Below are positions 25,851 through 38,545 of a stretch of DNA of 64,000 bases, in pieces; the stretch's first letter is position 1; each line of letters begins with the position of its first letter. The position numbers and the translations under genes were made by a program. This DNA is from Camelus dromedarius (taxonomy: Eukaryota), in contig NC_087446.1 of the NCBI RefSeq assembly GCF_036321535.1, positions 2,976,001-3,040,000 of the forward strand, written 5' to 3'. The notes beneath the pieces were generated by a model. It saw nothing but the letters and a program-made list of their open reading frames with translations, searched no databases and was not told where the DNA came from.

Positions 25851-28800
25851 GCGTGGGGGTGTGGTGATCGCATTTAAGTTCGTAGAAAGATTTCGTGGTT
25901 GTGCGCTGGACAGGAGCTGGGAGGAGGCCAGGGCACCAGCTGTCTGGGAAGGTGATGGTGGCGTCAGAAAGATGAGTGTTTGGAGGTAAAATCTATAGCC
26001 CTTGCTGGTGGAATGGATGTGGCGGATGAGAAGGGGACTGGAGGACTTGATGACTATCTTGTGAGCTGTTCCCAGAGAAGGAAGTGGCCTGCTTCAACGG
26101 TGAGGTGCAGTGGGGCCATCCCCCTGGAGATGTGGCTGTTCCTGAGTGAATGGAGAGGGTGGCGGAGCCTGGCAAATGACCGATGTCATATTTTTGGATG
26201 ATAGAACCTGGAAACGTTTGCTGGGCCTAACAGAAGGGTGTGAGAAGGGAAGAGGGCAGACAGGAGATCTCCGCAGAGCAGAGCTGGCTGGAGGTCCAGT
26301 GACTGCGCGAGAGGCTGGGAGAGTGAGGAGGTGGCGGTCAGTGTGGCTGGCCAAAGCCATGATGACACAGCTCAGACCAAGAGCGCCATGGGCTCGGAGG
26401 ACCCTGAGATTTGGTTTGACACCAGAGGCTACAGTCCCTACGTGCAAAATACAAGCATTCTGTAAATCAGTGACTCTCAACTATTTCAGCCTCAACCCAG
26501 AGTGTCACATTTTACAGGGTGGCCCAGAGTACCACTTACCTATAAGTATAAAAAAGAACGCTTCTCAAAACAGTTCTTACCCTTGCAATGTGCTGTGTAC
26601 CCATTATTTTTCATTTCATTCTTTTTCATGTTTAAAACTGCTGGTGCAGCTTATAAATTGATTTCAGGTAGGATGTGAAGCATGGTTTGGAAAAAGCAGG
26701 AGAGGAAATGTCCTGCAAATGCAGGTAGTTTTAAATCAGGTCAATAACACACAGACCAAAGCTTGGTATTAAAGTCACGTTAGTTTATTAACAGTTTCTT
26801 AAAAGTGTAACAGCGGACATAAATGTCTAACCATGGATAGTTATTAAGGCAAGTCATCTTGAGAACAGATTCCTGGTGCTAAGGGTCTAGAGTGAGCCGA
26901 GGAGGGCCCCAAGTCCCCGTTTCTGAGAAGTAGGAACTGCCAACTGGAGAGTCAGGGCCACTGGTGCCAAGAGCAGGCGGGGGTGAGCTCCATGGTTGGA
27001 GGGAAGGACACGTGGCCCCTGTGGGGAAACAGAAGCTGGACTACTTTTTCAGAAGAAAAAGGTATCAGGGAAACATCTGACAAAGGGAGCAAGTGCGTCT
27101 TGCATGTCCCAGAAGAAATGAGTAAACCCAGGTCACCCCTAAATGTAGGTGGCCCAGCTGATGTCACTGGGTTTTGAGCTCTGTCTGTAGGAGCCCGCCC
27201 TGCCCAGCGGTAGTTTGGTGCAGGCTTGGGGCAGTCGTTTCCTGCTCAGCAGAGGGCTTTGGTGATGGGAGCGCTGCCACCCACCCCAAAGTGGCTGGAA
27301 CATGACACGTGGCAACATGTTTTGTGCTCCTTTTCAGTTAAATGTGTGGTGATTTAGCTCCTTGGCAGCTCCAAGTCTTTAATCACCGTGTATAATCCAG
27401 GTCCGCGATGGACCAGCGAAGGCAAAGACAGTGACATCCCATGTGCCGCCTGCTAACAGCGATGTGAGATACGTGGATCTCAGAGCTGTGAAACGTGAAG
27501 TCATCTGCGCCAGGAAATGAATGAAACATTATGAAAATCAGGTGAAGTCGGACGCCTTAAGCCGGGAGGGTGGCCCTCTAGTGGTAGCCGAGGTGGTTCA
27601 CCTGCCGTTCAGAGGAAGTGGCTGGCCTCTCCCCGAGCTCTGGGAATACTCTGGTCTCCCTTCGAGTGGTGGACGTAGAGCCCGGGAGCCGGGAGGAAGA
27701 GAGCTTTGTCAGGTAAGCAGCAGGGCAGCCAGACAGACGCCAAGACAGGAAGGGGAGGGTGGCAGGCACTGCTTTACCCGGCACATGCTCTTGGGAGGGC
27801 TTCTCCCATCTGCTTAGGGAGACTTCAGATCAGGTTACTGCTGTCCTGCCTGGGGACTCGTGCAGATGGACAGTGTGCCTTCTCCCCGAGGAGAGCTTGG
27901 CTGCTCCTGAGGAGCCTGGGGGAGGGGAGAGCCCTGGATGGGAGGCCCAGGGAGCAGGTGAGGGCCAAAGGCCCAGCTCAATCCCTGGCTGTGGATGCGC
28001 TGCCCAGAGCCCAGGGCAGCCCCCCCTCCCACCAGAACAGTGATGTCTGAGTTTGCACTCCACTGTGTCCCCGGCAGAAATGCAGCCTGCCCGTAGTAGT
28101 TTCCCTAAATATTTGCTGGATGGATTAATTCCAGATTTTGGGTTTTCCCTGAGAATTGAGGGCCAGACCAGACATCCGAGGACCCTTGTGGTGGATTCTA
28201 GATTTCTATACTGCCCACCAGGATACAGACAAGCGGGAAGAGGAGCAGACTGCTGATTCCCGTAGGCCCTGCTCCAGCTGGCCAGCAGGCGTCCCAGAGC
28301 GAGCGGCCCTGTCTGAGTCTGACGGCTCGGTCACTCAGGACAGCTCCAGGTGAAAGCTCATACAGCCACGCGGCCCACCTCCAAGCGCCAGGCTCTGTCT
28401 GCGGGCGCAGCAGCGCCATCTGTGACACACACTTCTCTCCCCTCGATAGCACAGCAGTCCCCGTGCCAGACCATTCCAGGTGATGACTCACATTCTCGAC
28501 GTTAACCAGAGAAAGTTCGAAGCACAGCCCAGCCAGCTCTCCTCCCTCAGTCCTCTGGGGACCAACGTTCCCTGGTTTTGTGCAGGGAACACTGGATGGG
28601 AGCCCCCAAAGCTGGTCCAATTAGCAGGTTTTCTGTTTGCTGTGAGGCTACTGAACTAAGACGGTGAAAAATTTCGTCATAAATAAAATTTCTCTATAGA
28701 CTAGTGGCTTCCAGGCCAGCTGGTTAACAAATATAGGGGAGAATGGCTCCGGCAGGGAGTGTGCTCTGCAGTGGCCCACGGCTTCCATGGCTCCCTGCTG

Positions 28801-29181
28801 CCCTCCACCAGGGGCACAGCCAAGGGGGCCGTCACCTTGGTATTCAGATAAGCCCCCCAGCTCCCGCACTTCCCCTCCTTCCTGCACCCCCACATCCCTA
28901 GGGCAGCCTCCTCTGCTCCGCTGTGGTCTGTGGTGCATTGCATCAGTCATCTGGGCGCCCTGGAAAGTGCAGATTACTAGGCCTGCCCTGGACCTGGGGA
29001 GAGGGGCTGGGGTTTACACTTAAGTCAATTTTAATTCACACTGAAGTCTGAATCACTTTGTAGAAAGAATTAATGTTTGGCTTAGATAAATTGTGCATAC
29101 TGGTTAGTACTAAAAATAGCTATGCATGTTTGAAAATCAAGACAATCTTCAACATTAACATATGGCTTTAATGCATTTCCA

Positions 29182-29187
29182 TTTATT
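29182..29187 (-). terminator. GTSE1: GTSE1 proximal polyadenylation signal AATAAA (ATTAAA also at 29167-29172)
   Basis: About 360 nt after the stop codon, in an AT-rich block with a GU/U-rich downstream sequence on the - strand. Confidence 0.6.
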
Positions 29188-29542
29188 TTACAATTTAACT
29201 TAAGTCTAGGCTATTTACCTTTTCATACAAACTTAATTTTTAAAATAGTCACTTGCTATTTTACACACAAGATTCACAACGAATTCTTCACCTGGAGTAA
29301 CTTCAGCTGGCACGCCAGCACGTGTGTGGGTCCGTGAGGAGGGAGGCTGTTGGCCGGCAGTGACCTCAGGTGGCCAGCACCCCCCCAGTCCCACAGCCCC
29401 CGATCCAGGCATAGTAACTGTACAGAGACTTTTGTTTTGTTTTTCAACTTTTCCAATACAATTTCTCTGAAAATTAATTTCTAAGGGTTGAAAACCACTT
29501 TAGGACTGACTGTCCTTGTAACTGTAAAGGATTTCGTTCTAC

Positions 29543-29626
29543 TCAGAACTTGAGAAGTGGTGAGTCCACGTTTTCTTTGTCAGCCTCCGGACTCAGCAGG
29601 ATCAGAGGAGAAGCCAGGTCTATCAG
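29543..29626 (-). CDS. GTSE1: GTSE1 last exon (LIDLASPLILLSPEADKENVDSPLLKF-stop)
   Basis: cag acceptor, TGA at 29545-29543; recalled GTSE1 terminus DKENVDSPLLKF. Confidence 0.97.
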   Translation of the reverse strand: MIDLASPLILLSPEADKENVDSPLLKF

Positions 29627-30137
29627 CTGCAAGGGAGAAGCGACAGAGGTGACCAGCGCGCCCACGCTGCCCCCTCCCCTCCCGCAGACCCCGAAGGACT
29701 GGCTTCACTGAGGACAGGGCTGCCTGCGGCCACCTCCACCACAGCTCACGCCAGCTCACGCCATAAGCTAATGGGTGAACTGGGCTGAGGCCCAGTGCAA
29801 AGACATCTTGACCATCATGTTTAAGAAGCTGGAGGGAGAAAGTGCCACACACTGCAGACCTCCGAGTTCCTCAAGCAGTCATGCTCCCTCGTCACACGTG
29901 AAGCTCTGGGGGATCCCGGAGCGGAAACCCCGCGACCCCGGCCTGGAAGGGCTCCAGGCGGGATTCTTTGGAGGGGTTTGGCCAACTTGAGGTCTCGCCC
30001 CCAGCGATGAGGCGAGGCGTGTTGCCCTAAGAAGCCCCAGTGGCCACTCTCCGGGGTCACCATGATGTGCCTGATGGACGAGGTCCCAACTGAGACCCCC
30101 CAAGGCCAAAACCAGCAGGGGCCCTGCCACTCCGCAC

Positions 30138-30350
30138 CTGTGCCACCTCATGGGGGGGCTTGGCCACAGCCTTCCTGTTGGCGTCGGGGGTGTTCAGCAG
30201 GAGGTCGACCAGGGGTCCGCCTTCAGGACGCACAGCCACGCTGGCCTCCGGAGTGTCGCAGAAGTGGATGAGAGGGCGGTCGCCCCAGGCTGTGCCTGCA
30301 GCTTCCGGGGCAATGCTGAGTCCGTCCAGCTTGATGTCCACAAGAACAGC
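30138..30350 (-). CDS. GTSE1: GTSE1 exon 11 (AVLVDIKLDG...LIHFCDTPEA...KPPHEVAQ)
   Basis: tag/GTGCG boundaries, 213 nt, phase 0 to 0. Confidence 0.94.
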
Positions 30351-30771
30351 CTACTCGGGAAACAAGACTGAAAAGGGATTCTAGCTCCTTTCTGTCAACC
30401 ATCTTGAGGAAACGGGCAGGCCTTGCTTATGTCCCATGTGGCTAACAGTTTGGAAACCCAAGGAAGGCGGGCCAGGAGTGGCCAGGTGAGGAGGGGTGCG
30501 GAGCGTGAGCACCGACAGCCCTCTCCTCTCCAGCCACCCTCTAGCCCTGTCCACATCCCGCCTGCCAGCAGCCAGCACCGGAGCCCCGCTCACACCCTCA
30601 CTGCTGCCCTGCTTCCCACCTCCCCTCCTTTGAACCCTGGCCTCTCCGTGGTCAAATATGGGAGCTGCGGTTTTTGTCCCTCCTGGAGGCGGGAGGTCCT
30701 GACCCCTCCCTTTGGCACGGGGCTCGGGGGACACCCAGGACAGCACAAGTCAACCCCACGTATCCCTTCAC

Positions 30772-30976
30772 CTCACTGGGGGGTGGGTCCTCAGGTGGCT
30801 GCACCTCAGCCGGGGCTGCTTCTGTGCCGATACTTTTTGAAAAAGTAAGATCACTCTTTTCTGGAGAAAAGTTAAGCGCCTGCGGCACGGCGGACGGGGG
30901 AGAAAGGCTCCCATCCGGCGACGAGTACAAGCCCCTGGGAGCAGCCCTGCGGGCGCTCTCTGTTGCTGGTGCAGTT
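30772..30976 (-). CDS. GTSE1: GTSE1 exon 10 (TAPATESARR...VPQALNFSPEKSDLTFSKS...PPPSE)
   Basis: cgcag/GTGAA boundaries, 205 nt; VPQALNFSPE motif. Confidence 0.94.
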
Positions 30977-32723
30977 CTGCGGGAGGGAAGGAGAAATCCT
31001 ATCAGGACACGGCCAGGAGGTGCTAGCTCGTGTGGTGATGACTCGAGAAGGTTCTTTTCAGAGAAGCGTTGTCCAGTGGAGAGCTCCCGGCGCTGGTTCT
31101 GGCTCCAGCAGGCGGATGCGTGGTCTCTGAGTCTGGTGTCTGCACAGGCACCTGAAAGTGTTCGAGAAGGAGAGGGGCAAGGACCAGGTGCAGGAGCCGC
31201 CTCTGTCCACGTGCTGCAGCCACGGTGCTCCTGCCGGCCTGGTTCCTCCTGCCTGGAGTGTGGATGGCGGGACAGGTCTGAATACCCAGGTCACACACTC
31301 CGCAGGGGGGCTGCCCCTGTACACCTGTCACTGTGCAGACGCTCTTTGGTGTCTTGTGTTTCCTGTCAGTGCAGTGTGCACCCAGCCTGGCCCCCATCTG
31401 CCCACTGCATCTCCAGATCCAGGATAGTCTGCTGCCTGGCAGGCCTCAGAAACCTGATGACTCGGAACTGAATTACACGAGAAAACCGAGGAAAGCAACA
31501 ATTTCCGTAAATTAATACAGCATATCTTCTTTTCAATATTTTAAAGGCTTCATAACAACCTGAAAGACAGAATTTCTTTTCTATCCTGACACCTGCAAAC
31601 ACATGACACATGTAAACAGCACTGTGACTGTCCATGCTGGGCGTTGTTCGAGTTTTCGGGGCGGCCTTGTGTCTGGCTGGTTCCTCTCCCTGACCTAACA
31701 CACAGCGTGGCACTCTGTCTCCTCTGCTCTCACAGAAAGACCCAGACACACACCGGCACCCCAGCCTTCCCCCAAGCTCTGCCAGGGTGACAGAGGATCG
31801 GAGGCCCAATGCTTACACCTGGCTCGTTAAGGCTCCTTCACAGATGAAGCTTCTAGTCAAGGAAGCCAGTGACCAACCATACACTCTACCCGGGTGGTTC
31901 CTCCCACGGATACTCCTGAGCGCCTGCCGCATGCCGGGAGCTTGTCCTCAGGCCTGGTGACAAGCCGGACAGGGGAGGCTCAGGGGAGCTTCCCCACCAG
32001 CGGTGTCTCGGACGACTGTCAAGTGGACAAACACACACTCTGTGTGGGCAGCCAGGCGGTGGGAAATGTGAGAAAGCAACGCGGGGAAAAGGAGCAGCGT
32101 GACCAGGTCGGGAACGGGGTCTCCAGAAAGGCCCCTGAACATGGACTCCAATTACGGGGAGGAGGCAGCTCTGCCAGGACCAGGGGTGGCGCGTTCCAGG
32201 CGGAGAGGATGCAAGCGCAGGCCTGTCCAGGTGCGGCGCAGGGCAGTGCGGCTGGACACGGGCCAGTGAGCAGGACAGGCGGTGGGGAGGTCTGTTTCTC
32301 GGGAAGCCTGAGTGTGGTCACTGCTGACTGAGAGCCTCGAGGCTGAGGGTGCGGGGCCCTCCCCAGGGCCCCATCGTGAGGACCGCGCAAGGTCCCAGAG
32401 CGCCTGGCACCAGTGCACCGGGAGGCGCAGCTCTGCCCGGAGGGCTCGTCCCGGCTGGGAGGCCCTCGTCTACCCCGAGGTGCAATGAGGCCCAGGCCTC
32501 CAGCCTGGACCCAGGATACGATGTCAGGAGAGAAATACGACAAAGAAGCAGGGCCCTCCCTCTCAGAGAACTACCCTCAGGAGGGCGTGCGGCCAGTCTC
32601 CATCGCGGGGGCTGAGAAGGGGCATGAACCTCAGTCCAGCTAGTTCCTGACAGTGACTTCCCAGTACACGACTACCTGAGGTTTTATGAATTTGAGACAA
32701 ACGGTGCAATCTTTAACTCCTAC

Positions 32724-32960
32724 CTCACTGCAAATTTTTTCTGGGGCTCAGAAGACAGTCGCCGAGCAGACACACGCAGGGGAGAAGCCAGGGCCCTGGG
32801 CAGGGTCTTAGGGGTCAGCACGGGAAGGCTGGAGAGTCGGCGGCCGGCAGGCGTGGGCAGGGCTGACACGCGTCTCGTACTCACGGGGGTCCACACGCTG
32901 CTTACCAGGCTCTGCGAGGCTGGGCCCGAGGACCGTCTAACAGGAGTGCTATGAACAACC
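32724..32960 (-). CDS. GTSE1: GTSE1 exon 9 (VVHSTPVRRSSGP...RRVSALPTPAGRRLSSLPVLTPKT...SSEPQKKFAV), with the tandem SxLP EB1-binding motifs at 32822-32866
   Basis: cag/GTAGG boundaries, 237 nt, phase 2 to 2; SALP and SSLP motifs read directly. Confidence 0.94.
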
Positions 32961-34916
32961 CTGGAAAGACAAAATGAGAGTTTTAAGCAGAGATGAGCTG
33001 AAACAAACCAAAAAAATCTAATGATTCAGCCACGTGCTAGTGCAGTACAAGGGCCTGTGGTTTCAACATCAAAGATTCAAGCTGGTGAAGCCTGTCAGCT
33101 CTGTCCTCTGAGGAGGGGCGGCGGCGAGGGCAGGGACTCAGCGCTGCCACCAGCCCCAGGAGGCCGGGCAGGGGCTTCGGTTCCTCAGTGGGCCCATCTG
33201 AGGTTCCGATCCAGCGTGACTGCACGTTATAGGTGCTGCCATGGAAACGGTCTTCACAGGAGCCTCCGCACAGGAGATGGAAAGGTCACCTTCTGCTGGC
33301 ATAAACATTCCCACCAGGAAGTCCAGGCCAGGGCGGGGCCCGGCTGGGCATGTGAGTGGACAGGCCGTTCCCTGGGTCTAAGGCCCCTGAACCCAGTGTG
33401 AACACGGGTGTGACCAGCGCACCTGATGCCTGTTTCTCACGCGTCTCTCCTCACCCTGGCAGTACCTGTGGCTCAGGCTGCCAACCAGTCCCGCCCCGCT
33501 GTTGATGTGTCCTGTTGCTGACAGAGAAGAGAGGCTGAACAGACTGTCATCCTCAACAAGTCAGGGCCCTCCCGCCAACGCGGTGCCCGCGGGAGGCCGG
33601 GGATGACGCACCTGCTGGTTCTGTCACCCATCGAGGACAGTCTGCATGCTCAAAATCAGTCTACAGACAAGCTTTAATTAACATTTACTGAAAGGAGAGT
33701 GGGTGAGAGAGACAGGTGCTGGGAGCAGGATGCCTCTCCCTGCGAAGTTCTGGAATCTGTCCCACGTGCTTTACTGCTGAGCATTGGCCACTCCGCCACA
33801 AACTCCAGTGAAAATAAACTTAAAAATACAAACAAATGTAATCTTCAAGGTAACCCTGGAGGTAGGAGCTATCTTCCCATTGTACAGGTGAGAAAACTGA
33901 GCAGAGACGAGACATGACGGGGCCAGTGCCTGGTGGCTCTGGGTCCTGCTCTTACCCACTGTGTGGAAGGAAGGAATCTCAGCCCTGCTAATGCTCCAAG
34001 GGAAAGCACCTGGTCCAACCCCACGAAGTGCCTCCCAAGTTCACATCCAAGTAAAGCCCAGAGTTGTGGAAGACTGGCAGCCGGCCCAGACTGGTCAGGG
34101 CAGACCCGAGATCAGGGTCCTGCTCTGCTGTCCGAGCCCAGTGCTTGTCCTGCCCGCCCCATCCAGCACTCCCACCCTGGCATACGCTGGCACCAGGATC
34201 CCGCTCCAGGGGGTCTGAGTGTCCTAACTCCCGTTCTACCCTGAGCTGATGTGCACAGGACTGAGCGGCACTGGGCTGGGGTCCCGCCAATGTGACAGTT
34301 CCCGGAGAGCTGATCATCAGAGGGCCAGATATGTGGATGGCGTAGCCCGCCCACCTCAGCAGGTGGCAGCGCAGGTGGCAGGAGGGCAGCCAGAAGTGGA
34401 GCAGTGTTTGCATGAATGGTCCCAGGTATGTGCACATGCATGTGTGCATGTCATCCCTGCGGGGCACAGGGACACAAGGGGAGGACACTGAGTCATCTGC
34501 ACTAGATATAGGCCAGGAAGTGGCAGACCTGGGATTCACGCAGGTGGTCCTCAACCCCGGCACACACTAGGGTCACTGTGAGACCCCACAGGTGCTGGGC
34601 TCCATGCCAGACCAGCTGAATCAGAGCCTCTGCGGGTGAGCTGGAATTGCAACAGCCCTGACAGCATCTCTGCCGGGCAGCCTGGCTGGAGAACTGCGGA
34701 TTCAGGGCTGAAAATCGGCGCTTCCACCCCCAGAGGCAAGTCTGTGGCCACCGTAATCTGCAGGGGAAGGTGCAGTGGCTCAGGAGCCCGGGGATAAGGC
34801 CAGATGTGCATGGCCAGGCTGCGGGTCTCTACACTGGAGAAGGCACTTCCAGAAGTCAGCAGGTGCCTGAGTTTGTTCTTACAGTAACAAGAGGAAGGAA
34901 GCAGACGGTAAGTTAC

Positions 34917-34989
34917 CTCCCCACCGACGTGCAGGACTGTGGCCTCTGCGCCCGGCAGGACTTCGGCGTTGCGCTGTCCGGGGGTTCAC
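34917..34989 (-). CDS. GTSE1: GTSE1 exon 8 (EPPDSATPKSCRAQRPQSCTSVG)
   Basis: cag/GTAAC boundaries, 73 nt; RAQRPQSCTSVG motif. Confidence 0.95.
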
Positions 34990-36999
34990 CTGAGACGAGA
35001 GGACCCAGGGATAAGTCCATCTTCACCAACCGGGGAGCTCTTCTCTACATGCCTCCGTTCTCCCGAGTTGCAGTGAGGGCGGCACAGGAAGGAGCTGAAG
35101 GTCAGACAAGCCCAGAGAGCAAACCTGCCGCCCAGGAGTGAGACGGGACATGGCCTCCCTCCAGGGGGACCCGCCCCCCGCAGGGCCTTAGGGTCCAACC
35201 AGTGGGTGCAGAAGAGGATGAGCCCTCGTCTCACCTCTGCCTGCAGCCACTACTCACCCTAGATGGGAACCGAGAGCCTTCAGAGTCCCAAAAAGAAGGC
35301 AGCGCTCAGTGTGCAACCGGGACAAGTCCCCCGGGAGACCCCCGCCCCCAGCAGCGAGGCTAACGCGGCTGCATGCCAGGCGAGCCCTGCGGAGCCCACC
35401 ACCGCCTTCACTCTTGGGAACCGGACAGCGCTAGGTGGCCCTAAGGTGGCAAACTGTTCACGTCGTCTGGTGGCTGACCACTTGCGCGTGTGTGATCTTG
35501 GCTGATCACAGGTGACCACAAGCAGGCTGGGAGGACTGAGCGAGGCCCGGCACAGGCTCAGGCTGCAGTGCATAGAAGAAGTCACAGACTCCCCCCAGGG
35601 CTAAGCCCCCGGGCAGCATCCGCTATGTCCTGGAAGCCCTGGGCAGTGAGGCCGTCCCCATCCCCAGGGAGGCAGGCGTGCAGGGGCTCCCACGGGTCCC
35701 CTTCCTCCCTGCCCCTGCTCCACGTCTCTCTGCTCTTCAAAGAAAGATCTTCTCCAAAGAGCTGCCCATGTGTGCTTGTCCTCACCTCCCATCTCCTGTT
35801 CTGTTCAAAAGTTGATCTTATCAAAGCAATTCATGCACCAAAAAAAGCCCAAAACATAAAAAATGCAGGGTGAAAATCTGGAGACAAAGCAGCACACCCA
35901 CCCTACTTCCAACCTGCTTGCTTCCTGTGGGGCCACCTTTGAATCTCTAAGTTACATGTGCTGCTACTTCTTGTTCTTCAAAACCTGCCCAGGTCCCGAC
36001 GAGAGCCGGCCCCCTCCGGGGCCCACGCAGACCTGTGCAGCCGGCCGCGGTGGCTCGCGGCGTTCCGACAGCTGCGTCTATGGACGCACGATGCACCTCC
36101 TTCCCGGGGCTCCTACCCCTGCCCCTACCCGAGGTCATAACTGCCTCCGGCTTGTTCGTCTCTTATTTGGGCGCCTGTGACCGAGTGGCCCAGAAGCTCT
36201 GCCCCTGGGAGTATCTCCAGGTGGCCCCCTCTCGGGCACCGAGGCCCTGTGCTTCCCGAAGATCTCTCTCCGAGGCCAGGCCATGCCTGCATTCTCACCC
36301 CATCCGGGGCAGGGTTCCCCCTTGCACGGCTGCCCGTGTCCTCCTCTTCCCGGTGTCCTCCCTCATCTCAGTGGCGCACTCTTTGGGAGCCCCCGCAAGG
36401 TGCATGGGAGAGTAACTATTTTTATGGAATTTCAGATTATTAAAATACCTTTATCATACCCTACAATTAACCAGGGGTTCGTCCCTCTGCCTTTTCTAAT
36501 GCCTCCCACCTCCTTGTGGCTCACGTCTCAGCCGTGTCACCTCCTGAGGGGAGTCTACCCTGACCATCTTGGCTGAAAGAACCCCACTCTGTAAATTCTT
36601 CCTCATCTTCTGTTAGTCACTTCATTGTACTTACGATCTGGAAGTATACTTACTTGACAACATTTCTCATGTTTTACTATTAAAATGGAAATCCCAAGAG
36701 TAGGATTTGCCTTACCATTACATCCCCTGTACCTAAGAGTGCCTAGCACTGGAAGACACGCAATAGAATGGCTCATTCGTATATGAGCAGTAACTCAAAT
36801 GAGGTTTGCAGGTGTTGAAGGCCGCCTGCACTAGCCAGCGATGCTGATAACTTTAAGATACTCAATCCACTAAGAAACAAGCTTGAAAGGAGGCCAGAAC
36901 TATCCTCCCCCTTAAATCAGCTCCGTACAACTCTCTGCATTATACACACTTACTAATTTACCTCGACCAAACACGCCACCTCCTACCTGGCAGCCCTGT

Positions 37000-38110
37000 C
37001 GGCACGCCAGTGCAGGTGGGGAGAGCCCGAGGGGAGCCTGGCAGTCTCACTGATTTGAGGAGACAACGATCAGGGTTTGGGAGGCTGCACAGGCTGGAAT
37101 CTGAGGGGCAGAGTGTTAAGAGGAGGGAACTACAGAGAGAGAGAGTGCTCTAGAAATCCGAGCAGGACCCCGAGTCCTTGCTGCATAGTAAGAAGCAGCA
37201 CGAATGTAGGGCAGGGCTCAGAAAGGGACAAGAACCAGCACTGGGAACACATCCAACCAGCCGGAGCAGAGACCTCAGGGACGCACAGCACATCCAGGCC
37301 GGAACTATCCCAAGAGCACAGGCCCGAGACCTGCCCCGTCAAAGCTTAAAGAAGCCTTGAAAGGACCGAGGTGACGTGAAATTTAAATTCCTGCCAAAGC
37401 AGAATTCAACTCCTTAAAGACAGACAATAAAATCCAGACTTTCAAAAATGTACAATTGATGACATCCAGCAGACACTAAAAAGCTATTAGACATGAGGAA
37501 GCAGGAAAATGCCACCATCACCAGGACAAACGAGGCAAGAGAAATGGAACCCGAATGACAGGGACGGTGGGATCAGAAGAAGCAGACTTACAAGGACCAT
37601 TATAGTACGTTCAGGAATTAAGAGGAAAACACAAACACCATGAGGACACAAACGGGGAGACGCCAGCAATGAAAAATTAACTGGGCAGACGTAGCAGCAA
37701 ATTGGACGCACTACCAAAGGAAAGACACGTGAACCTGCAGACATGCCAGGAGGGGCTGGAAGAGAGCAGCACATCGTGCCCTAAAAGACAGCATCAGATG
37801 GTCTGTAACACAGGCACCTAGAGTCCCAGGAAGTGCGGGGAAGCAAGGAAAAACATTTGAAGAAATAATGGCCACATATTTTCCAGATCTGATAAACTCA
37901 CAGATCAGAATAACTCCAGAACCCCCAAGTAGGATAAACACAAAAAAAGCCACATCAAAATACATAGTAATCAAAATACTGAAAATAACAAGAGAAAAAC
38001 GACACATTACGGAGAGGGAAACTTAAGGTAAGAAATTCACTGACTTCTCATCCAAAGCAGTGCAAGCTGAAGACAGATTTAAAGTGCTTTAAGAAAAATA
38101 AAAGTAAAGA
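37000..38110 (+). mobile_element. Old L1 (L1M) ORF1-region fragment in GTSE1 intron 7
   Basis: aaaacatttgaagaaataatggccacatattttccagatctgat...cccccaagtaggataaacaca...tacatagtaatcaaaatactgaaa is typical L1M ORF1 text. Confidence 0.7.
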
Positions 38111-38197
38111 AACCACCATCACCAAAACTAATAATTTTTTTAACTTTAAATATAATTTGTTCAGTATTTTAAAAACGCATTATAATTTATCTCTTAC

Positions 38198-38545
38198 CAG
38201 TAGAAAACTTAGGAACTTTAAATCGGTGCGTAGGGGTAGGCATGACCTTTGTCTTGGAGTTCAGACAGGAGCCGCGCCTCCCAGTTTTGTTCATTTGGGA
38301 GGAGTGTGACCAACTGAGACAGGAGCTCAGCCCGGGGCCTCCCAGTTCTGGAGTCTGGGGTTGGGTGAGAGCTGCCCTGGTGGGCTCCCGGGGCAGCTCA
38401 GCGGGCCTCTGGCTTTGGCCGCAGGGCCCGCCCCTGGGGCCCGCCTGCAGTGACAGCCGCTGAGCCACGAGTCCCGTTCTGCCCAACTGGCTGGTGTTTG
38501 CCCGGGAGCTGTCTGCAGGAATGCTTGGAAGGTCACTCGCTTTAG
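38198..38545 (-). CDS. GTSE1: GTSE1 exon 7 (AKASDLPSIPADSSR...SCLNSKTKVMPTPTHRFKVPKFST)
   Basis: cag/GTAAG boundaries, 348 nt, phase 1 to 1. Confidence 0.95.

Noticed and set aside
31324-31562. Strong-looking acceptor (tctgtctttcag, - strand) in GTSE1 intron 9 suggesting a cassette exon
   Set aside because: No convincing downstream donor and no recognisable coding signal.
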